A stretch of 63,622 nucleotides of DNA, counting the filler, from Parasitella parasitica NRRL 2501 (lineage: Eukaryota > Fungi > Mucoromycota), in the NCBI GenBank assembly GCA_025201805.1. It is 4 parts of 4 records of this genome, joined end to end, with 100 filler letters (N's around TTAATTAATTAA, not from the genome) between each part and the next. Parts side by side here need not be neighbours in the genome. Positions count along the whole stretch, not along the records: positions 29,688 to 52,215 come from MU619370.1; positions 52,316 to 56,379 come from MU619495.1; 2 more parts are not named here. One strand, given 5' to 3'. This document shows, in pieces, positions 44,469-54,566 of the stretch. The notes beneath the pieces are model-generated. The model was given only the letters and a program-made list of their open reading frames with translations. It ran no database searches and was not told the DNA's origin. Numbering within the stretch: position 1 is the first letter of the stretch; each line of letters starts with the position of its first letter. The position numbers and the translations under genes were made by a program.

Positions 44469-45416
44469 ATGGGGCAGCAGATCGAATTTTTCTTACATCC
44501 TCCATCACCCATATGCTCAGCCTCTCTGTCCAATAATCACAGTAATGCTGTAACATCTGATAGCCAAAATAGCTGCACTTTACCGCCTGTCAGTTCCTTG
44601 CTACAGTGCAATCAGCGACAAAATGAAGACGATCCCACCGATTTACCATCACTTTGCTTGCCAACTCCCTCATTATCATCCTCTAGCTCATTGCTAGAAC
44701 CTGTTGAGCCCTATTCATCCACATTAAATGACAATAGCTCCTCCCCATCTCTTTCTCCATTTATGGGTTCGCTCTCGCTTGACTCTCCGCCGCAATCATC
44801 CCCTCAAACATCGCCGTACCCTACTCACCGACTTTTATTACCACCTCCTACCAATACCAGACGTTGTCGATCGCTCTCTAATGCCTCCACCAATTCGTCA
44901 AACTCTAATTTTTCCTATTCATCAATAACAAGCAATCGTAGATTATCCGATCCGCCAATGTACTCTGATTCATCATTTACATCCGAACCTTACATTGCTA
45001 AACGAAGAAGAGGCAGGCCTCCAAATACGTCTCGTCCACAGTTAACTCAACGTGACAACTGGACTTTTGTCACTCCCACAGTATGCGATGTAAAGCAAGC
45101 AAAAGAGGTTGAGCAAGATCGGCCTCAACAGCAGATGCATCATATGCAAAAAGAGAGTAAAGAGGATAATTTTATGGTTCTGCATTGGCCTACCTCACCG
45201 GTTATGGGAACAGGATCAAAGGATGAAATACAACAACAAGGACAAAATACATTTACAAATACAACTATGGATACAACACTTAGTATGCCTAAAAAGAAAA
45301 GAGGCAGAAAACCAAAAATGCAATTAGCTGGTAACTTCTGCTTCGTTTGGCGGGATCTGACCGCTAGACGAGGTACGAACAAAAAGAAACCAACTCCCGC
45401 TATTGCGAAGCCTTGA
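44469..45416 (+). CDS. Ser/Pro-rich protein with two AT-hook-like motifs (putative DNA-binding)
   Basis: KRRRGRPP and KKKRGRKPK motifs in a 315-aa single ORF. Confidence 0.75.
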   Translation: MGQQIEFFLHPPSPICSASLSNNHSNAVTSDSQNSCTLPPVSSLLQCNQRQNEDDPTDLPSLCLPTPSLSSSSSLLEPVEPYSSTLNDNSSSPSLSPFMGSLSLDSPPQSSPQTSPYPTHRLLLPPPTNTRRCRSLSNASTNSSNSNFSYSSITSNRRLSDPPMYSDSSFTSEPYIAKRRRGRPPNTSRPQLTQRDNWTFVTPTVCDVKQAKEVEQDRPQQQMHHMQKESKEDNFMVLHWPTSPVMGTGSKDEIQQQGQNTFTNTTMDTTLSMPKKKRGRKPKMQLAGNFCFVWRDLTARRGTNKKKPTPAIAKP

Positions 45417-46644
45417 TTTTCTCTTTGTTGCTCTGTACCATATATACATATATCCTCTCCTTAATTTTATATTCATTTAATACCTCAATTTCACTCCTTT
45501 TTCAAGTTTAGTGTTTTCTCAAATATGTTTATATTTCTTTATCCTTTAAGCTGTATTGTTGATTTTATTCCCATTTATATACATATTTTGTTTACCTAGA
45601 TAAAATGTTCTATGTAATAGATAGTTTGTTCTCCTGATTTGCATGTGTCATATTCTTGGCAAATTCTATACATGTGCCTCATCGTTGCTGTTTTTATGTA
45701 TTCCTGTCAATTATGTAAATAAACCGAAATTTTTATTTACTATAATAGTAGAGGGGTTTTTTTTTGGACCTGAAGCCCTTTTTATTTATTTACGTTTAAC
45801 GTTGCGCACAGACGATGATCTTTTTTGCCAAGATAAATGAGGGGCTATTTCCTCAAATGTGTATAGTAATCATCGCACGACTATCCCACCCTTGGAGTAT
45901 ATAAATGCCTTAGAAATTACTGTAAAAGCAGGAGGACAAAAACATTTAAGTCGTTGGTGGTTATGTTTACATAAGCGTGAGATTTATATGGATATTTAGA
46001 AAAAAATTATACGCTCTTCGTGCAACAACATGTATATTAGAGGTCAAACGTTAATTTCCCATTTTGAAGTAGATACCTGAGTTTTTTTTTTTTTTTTTTT
46101 TTTTTCGGTTGCCAAGTTACTGTGAATAAGCCTCTATTTTATTAAACACTTGATTGCTAGATTCATATGTACATGAAAACTATTTTTGAATAATAACTTG
46201 CATAATAACGGGGTGGATGTGAAGCTGGCAACATCAAGGTAACAAGGTGTAATGACTCATCAACCAATCAACCTCATGCAAAATTGGAGTATTTGTAACC
46301 AAAATATACAAAATATATATCTCACGTTGCTATATCTAGTAATCTATACTTTACAATGTCTGATATCTCATTTAAATTCTGTAAAAATATATGAAAAAAG
46401 ATGGCAAGATATAACTGATTTAACTGATATGATATATTTCCACATCATGGACTGCATAATCTGCTTTCGATCGTGTTATAAAGTGTCGTAAATCACGATT
46501 ATCGATAAAAGAAAGCGGGGTAGGACTAATTGACCGCCGTTACAAATGAATGCTGTTATATATAAAAGTCTAAATCTCTAATTTTGCGTCTTCCATCCTT
46601 CCTTCTTCTCTAACTTTGATTAAATCTCTTTTATACATCCCGTC

Positions 46645-48876
46645 ATGTTATCCACAAGATCATTATCAAAAAATTTAACATCATTTTTGCGTCAAGGTCG
46701 CAACCTTGCTCACCGTAATTATGGTCTTCCTGCTTCAGCTATTGGTCTTGGAACCGATCCTAGAAAAGATAAAAACATCCAGTTAACACCTTTAAGGGGT
46801 GTCAACATCATTCATGATCCATTACTTTCAAAGGGTAAACTTCATGTCAAGAAATTGATCTCATGTCAAACATTAACATGTTTGTTTTCTTGATTGTTAG
46901 GCACTGCTTTTAGTATTGCAGAAAGAGAGCGTCTTTCCATTCGTGGTTTAGTTCCTCCCCGTTGTCAAGAAATGGAAAAGCAACTGTTACGTATCAAACG
47001 TAATTTAGACGCTTTGGAGACTCCTTTAGCCAAGTTTGTCTTTTTGTCTGCCCTTCAAGACCGTAACGAAACATTGTTTTACAAACTATTGATCAACTAC
47101 TTGGATGAATTGTCTGGCATCATTTATACCCCTACTGGTAAATATTTTTAAGGGTGGGTTAGCTGTGTTTATATAATTCCCTCAGCAACCCTAGTTTTAC
47201 CCATTTTCTCCCGTTGTTTGTTTATGTATAACTAAAAATTTCTATATTTTCTTTTGCGTGAATAGTTGGTGAAGCCTGTTTGATGTCTCACTCCATCTAC
47301 CGTCGCTCTCGTGGTATGTACTTTTCTTCTCAGGACAGAGGAGCAATGTCTGCTATGGTTCACAATTGGCCTCATGATGAAGTGGATGTCATTGTTGTCA
47401 CAGACGGTTCTCGTGTTTTAGGTTTGGGTGATCTAGGCGCAAATGGTATGCAGATTCCTATCGGTAAACTTAGTTTGGTAATATATTCTTGGCTTGTTTA
47501 AATGGGCTCCCTGTATTAACTTTCCCTTCTTTTCTAGTATGTTGCCGCCGGTGGTATCCGTCCTCGTTCAGTCCTTCCTGTTGTCTTAGATGTTGGCACT
47601 AATAACGAGTCTTTATTACATGATCCTCTTTACCTTGGAATGGGCCATCCTAGATTAGACGGTGAAGAATATTATTCTTTTGTTGATGAATGGGTTACAG
47701 CTGTCCATAGCAGATGGCCTAGTAAGTATAATATATTATCACTTTTGTTTTATGTACGGCATAATAACTTTGGATTGCTAGATGCCCTTATCCAATTTGA
47801 GGATTTCAAGTATCCGCACGCCTACAACTTGTTGAATAAATGTAAGTACAACTAATTGATGGTATGATAAAAAACGAGGGCTTATACTTAGTTTATAAAC
47901 AGATCAGGATAAGATTACCTGCTTCAACGATGACATCCAATCCACTTCTGCTATTACGTTGGCCGGGATTCTTGCATCCCTCAAAGCCCGTGGGCGTTCT
48001 CAAGACACTCTTAACGAAGAACGTATTATCTGTGTTGGAGCTGGCTCCGCAGGCGTTGGTGTTTGTGAAGGTATTGTCGATGCTATGGTCGCCCAAGGTA
48101 GAGTTAACTCCCGTGATGAGGCATACTCTCGTATTTGGATGCTGGACCAACATGGCCTTCTTGGTAATCCTGCATTAAACATGAGCGATCCTCAATCTAT
48201 TGTCGGTGGTGGTGAAAGAATGAGTAAACTTGATGAACGTCAAAAATGTTATGTCAAGGCCGACATGTCGGATCGTCTTAGTCTTGAGGAAGTTGTTGAA
48301 CAAGTGAAGCCTACTGTTATTTTGGGTTTAACTGGTGTTCCTGGTGTATTTAGCGAGAAGGCTATTCGCACTATGGCCAAATATCAAGAGAAACCTATTG
48401 TTTTTCCCTTGAGTAATCCTGATACCCGTGCTGAATGTACTGCCGAGGAAGCCTTCAAGTGGACTGACGGTCGCGCTATCTTTGCTTCTGGCAGTCCTTT
48501 CCCTGATGTCAACTTACCGAATGGTCGTGTTGGTAGAACTAATCAATGTAACAACTCTTACAGTTTCCCAGGTCTCGGTCTTGGTATTACTGTTTCAAGA
48601 GCTAGTCGTGTCACCCCCAACATGTTTTTGGAAACTGCAAAAACTATTGCTGACATGGCCAGTCCTCAACAATTAAAGGAAGGCACTCTTTTCCCTGGCG
48701 TGCATTATTTGCGTGATGTTGCTTTGGCTGTTGGTACTCGTGTCTGTGAAGTTGCTTTTGATGAAGGTGTTGCTACTGCTGTGCTCAAAGAGGGCGAGAT
48801 GCTGAGTGATGTTGTTGAAGGTTCTATGTTTGTTCCTGAATACGTTCCTTTGGTTCACGCTCCTAACGCTCATTAA
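46645..48876 (+). CDS. Malic enzyme (mitochondrial-type presequence), multi-exon
   Basis: [39 protein letters not shown]|[55 protein letters not shown]. Confidence 0.97.
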
Positions 48877-49584
48877 GTTGCTTTATTTATCAACTTCCTT
48901 TTCTATTTAATTTATCATATTATTTTAATAATTATATAGCTCATTCAATTGCTAATATAGACAGTATTTTTTTTTTTAAAAAAAAAACCCCCCACAAACC
49001 ATGCTAGATGTCAACATAAACTATTTTATCTTCTCAAATTTTTTGCAAATTAGAGCACCCGTCGTAGTATGAGTAACCTATTTAAACTCGAGCTAGTAGT
49101 CTTCATAATATATATGAGCTACCTCTAACCCCGAATAACAGTGGAAAGACTTAACCTTCGCTTCGCTATGGCGACTTCTCTCGACCTTCATTCCAATAGG
49201 AGGTGCACCTCTTGAGCTTCCGGTAGCGGGCAGTCTCACGAAGCGCAATGCTAATCGAAGAGTTTTTTTTTTTTTTTTTTTTTGGCAGACATTGTTACTT
49301 TTCAAATACTCCAAGTTAATATGAATAGGATGGTTCGATTGGATCGACAACATTCGACAAATCCATTTGCAATCCCTAGTATTGCAAATTTTTCTCAAAT
49401 GATATTATTACATTTCTTAAGAACAAAGATGTTACAAACTTTCCAACAGCTGGCTGATCTTTAGTAATATCTCTTGCATCCATAGAAATTTAATAGCGAT
49501 GAAAACGGTAACCATAATTCTTATTCTGACTACGTTGCTAAGGCAGCCATTTCTGGATCGGAATTAATGTCGATGATATTTGGA

Positions 49585-50150
49585 GAAACAGTATAGAATG
49601 TTATATAGATTCACTGAAAAACAAAAAATTAAATAATCAAAACAATAAATGTCAACCGCTGTGCCAGAAAGACATAAGATTAAGCAATTAATAGATTTTA
49701 ATTATTTGTATACAATGACAAGGAATAAGCTATTAATGTACTATATAACATATATTTAACTTGGTATGACACGCCAAGTTCAATGCTTAACCTCGATGAC
49801 AAATAGTGCTATAATAGATATAATTTAGTATAAAAAGATGGCATTTTCTTATCAATAAAGCCAGTAGTATTTGTATCTAATTTATTTTTATAAAGTTATA
49901 CATTTTTAGAGCAGATTAAATTCATATAACCTCTACGCATAACATCAAATTGATAAAGGTATAGGTTTTATTATCAAATCGACAGGTGTATAAACCTCCA
50001 CTTCATCTACTGACAGGTAGATGAACCTTTGCATACTTAAGCTATGAAAAAATGCTCTACTCTAAAACGTAATTTAACGTGTACGACAATTCTGATTTAC
50101 CAAAATCTTCAATATCGTGCTAAACGACGCCTCAGCAGACTAAAGATAAT
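49585..50150 (+). repeat. Copy of the 13988-14420 repeat family split by a ~290-bp insertion (49657-49949)
   Basis: ...ttcactgaaaa...aacaataaatgtcaac| insertion |ttgataaaggtataggttttattatcaaatcgacagg...ctcagcagactaaagata. Confidence 0.8.
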
Positions 50151-50154
50151 GTAG

Positions 50155-50547
50155 ATCTTGTTGGATACAGAAAAAGATAAAATTCAGAGGTTAACGAGAT
50201 ACTAAATTTAAGATCGAAATTGCATCTGCTAGTTATACCTTTTACAACTGCATAAATTTATGGTGACTTACTTCGATTACTAATTGACAAGATTAATTCC
50301 CAGTAACAATCTACTTGACAGGATACGATGTAGAGTTATACAAAAAACGCTGTGCGTCTTTGATCTGCAAGTGCCTTAACCTTTATCCTGGTGCTCAGAT
50401 CTGTATTACTATAGTAATGGCCTTCTTGATTTGAAAACAGAGACTTTATTCTCCAATTAACACAAGCGTATCACATCATGAGACAATTTTCAATCTTCAA
50501 ATTGAAGTATATTGCCATGATCTCCTATCTATAATTATGGCAGATCA
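50155..50547 (-). repeat. Inverted, diverged copy of 54567-54937
   Basis: Shared blocks such as gccttaacctttatcctggtgctcagatctgt and attgccatgatctcctatctataattatggcagatca are the reverse complement of 54567-54760. Confidence 0.85.
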
Positions 50548-51020
50548 CTGTAAATTAAAAACGAAAACTGTTTTTGTGCATAAATGTTGAAAAATACGTC
50601 GTCTAGTGGAAATCAAGTTATGTTCACGCAGCCCTGATCATACCTGTTTTATTTGGCCTTAGCTTTATTGAAGCCTATTAGCGTTTAGATGCAACTTTAT
50701 ATGAAATTTATGGTTTTCTGTTGGCAACTTTATATATAGATACTGACTTTTCTTTTATAGACATACTTTTATTAGATAGCGCTGACCTTTCGCTATGTTT
50801 CCAGGTTCGATCTCGATTTTACGGTTCTTTTGATACAGAAGTCATGGCTAATCTGCTAATTGCTGTTAACAACTAGATGTCAGGCAAGATCTGATTGTAT
50901 TCAAGGATTGAATTATGTAAATTTGATGTTAGTTAAATTGATGGTCTTGATAATTTTTTCTTTTTTATTTATCTGCTGTGCCCTTTTCAAAACCTGGCAC
51001 AACAATATTGATTCTGGCTG

Positions 51021-51060
51021 TACAGTTGACGAAACTAGGTTGGGCCAATGAAAATAAATT
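51021..51060. mobile_element. Putative Tc1/mariner-type terminal inverted repeat end (TA|CAGTTGACGAAACTAGGTTGGGCC)
   Basis: TA dinucleotide followed by CAGTTG, ~170 nt beyond the stop codon of the Fanzor-like ORF. The partner TIR is not visible in the sequenced parts. Confidence 0.45.
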
Positions 51061-51177
51061 TTGGTCATTTCCAAATTGAGTTGGACACGATTACAAAAAT
51101 GGGTCACGAATACATGAGTACGAACATGGAGACAATGTTAGTATCTTTCAGAAGAATCAGAATTGTTACAGCTTCTT

Positions 51178-51238
51178 ACCTGCAATATCTTTAAGTTGCT
51201 GACTCACCGGAGTGAGCAGCAACAACCACATTGGAGGT
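51178..51238 (-). ncRNA. Candidate Fanzor omegaRNA scaffold hairpin
   Basis: Minus strand: ACCU-C-CAAUGU-GGUU-GUUGCUG-CUCAC-[UCCG]-GUGAG-U-CAGCAAC-UUAAAG-AUAUUG-C-AGGU. Four stacked helices closed by a cUNCGg tetraloop, overlapping the ORF stop codon. Confidence 0.55.
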
Positions 51239-52214
51239 GGCGGNNNNNNNNNNNNNNNNNNNNNNNNNNNNNNNNNNNNNNNNNNNNNNNNNNNNNNNNN
51301 NNNNNNNNNNNNNNNNNNNNNNNNNNNNNNNNNNNNNNNNNNNNNNNNNNNNNNNNNNNNNNNNNNNNNNNNNNNNNNNNNNNNNNNNNNNNNNNNNNNN
51401 NNNNNNNNNNNNNNNNNNNNNNNNNNNNNNNNNNNNNNNNNNNNNNNNNNNNNNNNNNNNNNNNNNNNNNNNNNNNNNNNNNNNNNNNNNNNNNNNNNNN
51501 NNNNNNNNNNNNNNNNNNNNNNNNNNNNNNNNNNNNNNNNNNNNNNNNNNNNNNNNNNNNNNNNNNNNNNNNNNNNNNNNNNNNNNNNNNNNNNNNNNNN
51601 NNNNNNNNNNNNNNNNNNNNNNNNNNNNNNNNNNNNNNNNNNNNNNNNNNNNNNNNNNNNNNNNNNNNNNNNNNNNNNNNNNNNNNNNNNNNNNNNNNNN
51701 NNNNNNNNNNNNNNNNNNNNNNNNNNNNNNNNNNNNNNNNNNNNNNNNNNNNNNNNNNNNNNNNNNNNNNNNNNNNNNNNNNNNNNNNNNNNNNNNNNNN
51801 NNNAACCTCTGAACTTTATATGATCTTTGTTTTTTAACCCGTCACCAAAGACCACCAGAGGCATCTTACTTTTGTCACCTACTTCAAAACAAGCCATGTT
51901 TTTTCTGTTGTAAGTTACAAAAATAACAGTTAGAGTTTACTGAATTTACGAAAACTAGAGAAAAGTATATACCTCTTGGACCTTGTAAGAGTAGTGATGG
52001 GTTTTCTTTCTCTGGGAGCACGAGTACAGCTGTGGCGATTTTTTCTTCTTCTTTTTCTGTTCGCCCTTGTCTTTTTTCTCTTGCCTTTATTATACTTCTT
52101 TCCGCCATTTATCAGGATATTGACGCTTTCTTCGATAACTTGTTGAGAGCTAAGGTAGTTCAACCATCTGACTTTGGAGGTATCAAAGCCGTAGAAATCA
52201 AACAACGTATTCAT
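51191..52214 (-). CDS. Fanzor1-like (TnpB-derived RNA-guided nuclease) protein, partial; broken by assembly gaps, intron 51905-51972
   Basis: LFDFYGFDTSKVRWLNYLSSQQVIEESVNILINGGKKYNK(basic patch)...SKR|KNMACFEVGDKSKMPLVVFGDGLKNKDHIKFRG [560-N gap] ATSNVVVAAHSGESAT*. The intron splices in frame. The assignment rests on recalled family motifs; the catalytic RuvC residues are not visible. Confidence 0.7.
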
Positions 52215-52619
52215 GNNNNNNNNNNNNNNNNNNNNNNNNNNNNNNNNNNNNNNNNNNNNTTAATTAATTAANNNNNNNNNNNNNNNNNNNNNNNNNNNNN
52301 NNNNNNNNNNNNNNNTACAAGTAATCGTAAACCAGTTATTACCAGAAGGAGACAGGAACGATAGTGGTCTTGAGAAAAAATATAATCGCCTTGTGGTATA
52401 AAGGATTTCTAATAAGTGTAACCATGGTATAATACTTTTGTATAATTGTGAGAATATCTAAGTTGGATCTCAGGCACAACATCAACTCAACAACCCACCT
52501 CGCTCAGCCTTTACATCCTAAACAATGACCTTTAAAAAAATAAAATTGATGGCAGCAGAAGAAAACGTCAAAGATCAGGAACTAGCAGCCATGTGTTGAC
52601 GGCAACAGAAAAGGCAAAA

Positions 52620-52862
52620 AAGACTCCTCGCCGCATTAATGTAGAAAGAGGTGTATGGACAAGTTCAAGGACACTAAAAATTCCTCAGGCTTATGTGAAG
52701 TTTTGACCACATAGTGTAGTCCACGGTGAACAAATACAACAATGGGAGAAGGTTGTTGAGGATGTGAACAGTATAGATAGCAACCGAAACAGTTCAAAGA
52801 GACAAGCTGTTCAAGAAAGGTTTGAAATGTTGATGAGCACCTTTATGGAAAAGAACGTATAG
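52620..52862 (+). pseudogene. Myb/SANT-like DNA-binding domain relic (type carried by PIF/Harbinger elements)
   Basis: GVWTSSRTLKIPQAYVKF*PHSVVHGEQIQQWEKVVEDVN...AVQERFEMLMSTF shows trihelix-type W...W...RF spacing with one internal TGA. Confidence 0.5.
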
Positions 52863-54214
52863 ATGAGAAATGCCCAAATACTTTAAAATAAGAGGTGCAT
52901 GACGTTGATTTTCCTTACTCCGGGAACCAGGCATTGATATTAGTCGTGGAAGACGCTGAGCTACTGAAGCTTGTGGCATCCGAGGATAATGTACATAGGA
53001 GTAGCATCTTATAAAAACTCTGTCTATGTGCTTGTTCCTTATCTTGGCTACTGGGTGAATTCTAGGTCTAGGACCACATCAAAGTATATAGCCAAGATAG
53101 TGAACCTCAAAGATATATCTGCTATTTCTGATATAGCTTCCTCAACATACACATCCTTTTTGGAGCTCATCGCACCTAGGTGTGAGTCGATTCCTACATC
53201 TTTTTGCATCGAAACGCGGCGAATCATCTGTAAAGTTACCAACAATTGTACATTTGAGACTAGATCGGTATCGGATATAAAGCTAACCACACCAGATATT
53301 GTCTTCAAATAAACAAAATCTACGTATTATATACTCCAATGTAAGACAAAAATGATANNNNNNNNNNNNNNNNNNNNNNNNNNNNNNNNNNNNNNNNNNN
53401 NNNNNNNNNNNNNNNNNNNNNNNNNNNNNNNNNNNNNNNNNNNNNNNNNNNNNNNNNNNNNNNNNNNNNNNNNNNNNNNNNNNNNNNNNNNNNNNNNNNN
53501 NNNNNNNNNNNNNNNNNNNNNNNNNNNNNNNNNNNNNNNNNNNNNNNNNNNNNNNNNNNNNNNNNNNNNNNNNNNNNNNNNNNNNNNNNNNNNNNNNNNN
53601 NNNNNNNNNNNNNNNNNNNNNNNNNNNNNNNNNNNNNNNNNNNNNNNNNNNNNNNNNNNNNNNNNNNNNNNNNNNNNNNNNNNNNNNNNNNNNNNNNNNN
53701 NNNNNNNNNNNNNNNNNNNNNNNNNNNNNNNNNNNNNNNNNNNNNNNNNNNNNNNNNNNNNNNNNNNNNNNNNNNNNNNNNNNNNNNNNNNNNNNNNNNN
53801 NNNNNNNNNNNNNNNNNNNNNNNNNNNNNNNNNNNNNNNNNNNNNNNNNNNNNNNNNNNNNNNNNNNNNNNNNNNNNNNNNNNNNNNNNNNNNNNNNNNN
53901 NNNNNNNNNNNNNNNNNNNNNNNNNNNNNNNNNNNNNNNNNNNNNNNNNNNNNNNNNNNNNNNNNNNNNNNNNNNNNNNNNNNNNNNNNNNNNNNNNNNN
54001 NNNNNNNNNNNNNNNNNNNNNNNNNNNNNNNNNNNNNNNNNNNNNNNNNNNNNNNNNNNNNNNNNNNNNNNNNNNNNNNNNNNNNNNNNNNNNNNNNNNN
54101 NNNNNNNNNNNNNNNNNNNNNNNNNNNNNNNNNNNNNNNNNNNNNNNNNNNNNNNNNNNNNNNNNNNNNNNNNNNNNNNNNNNNNNNAGAAAAGAAAGAA
54201 AAATTGATGATAGT

Positions 54215-54450
54215 TTGGTAACATGATTTGGGAGAGCATACTAGTATAGGTCCCCGTCCTCTCTCCTGGATGCTCTATTTCATAGAGTAACTAAAGTACT
54301 AGTAGTTTTTTATAAAAATAATAAAAATGAAAAAAAGACAAAAAAAAAGAGAAAAACTTTGATTGTTGGGAGCATGAATATGGGAAGGCATACTGGCATG
54401 GGTCAACGTCCTCACTGTTTCATACAGTACCAACAGTTCTAGTAGTTTCT
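54215..54450 (+). repeat. Diverged direct repeat (~90 bp, two copies)
   Basis: catgatttgggagagcatactagtataggtccccgtcctc...tttcatagagta...ctagtagttt versus catgaatatgggaaggcatactggcatgggtcaacgtcctc...tttcatacagta...ctagtagttt. Confidence 0.6.
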
Positions 54451-54566
54451 TTTACATTAATATCATAAATGAAAATTTTTTTCTCAATAATAAATATTTG
54501 TCATGTAGTATGGCTTAAGGGTACTGTCGTAGCGAGCTGTTTCTTTTAGACTAACTATATGCTACT

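Noticed and set aside
50770-50830. tRNA-like B-box (aggttcgatctc)
   Set aside because: No acceptor stem, D-arm or anticodon arm can be built.
51163-54239. Long ORFs in the track made mostly of X
   Set aside because: They are artefacts of translating N gaps; only the flanking real sequence was interpreted.
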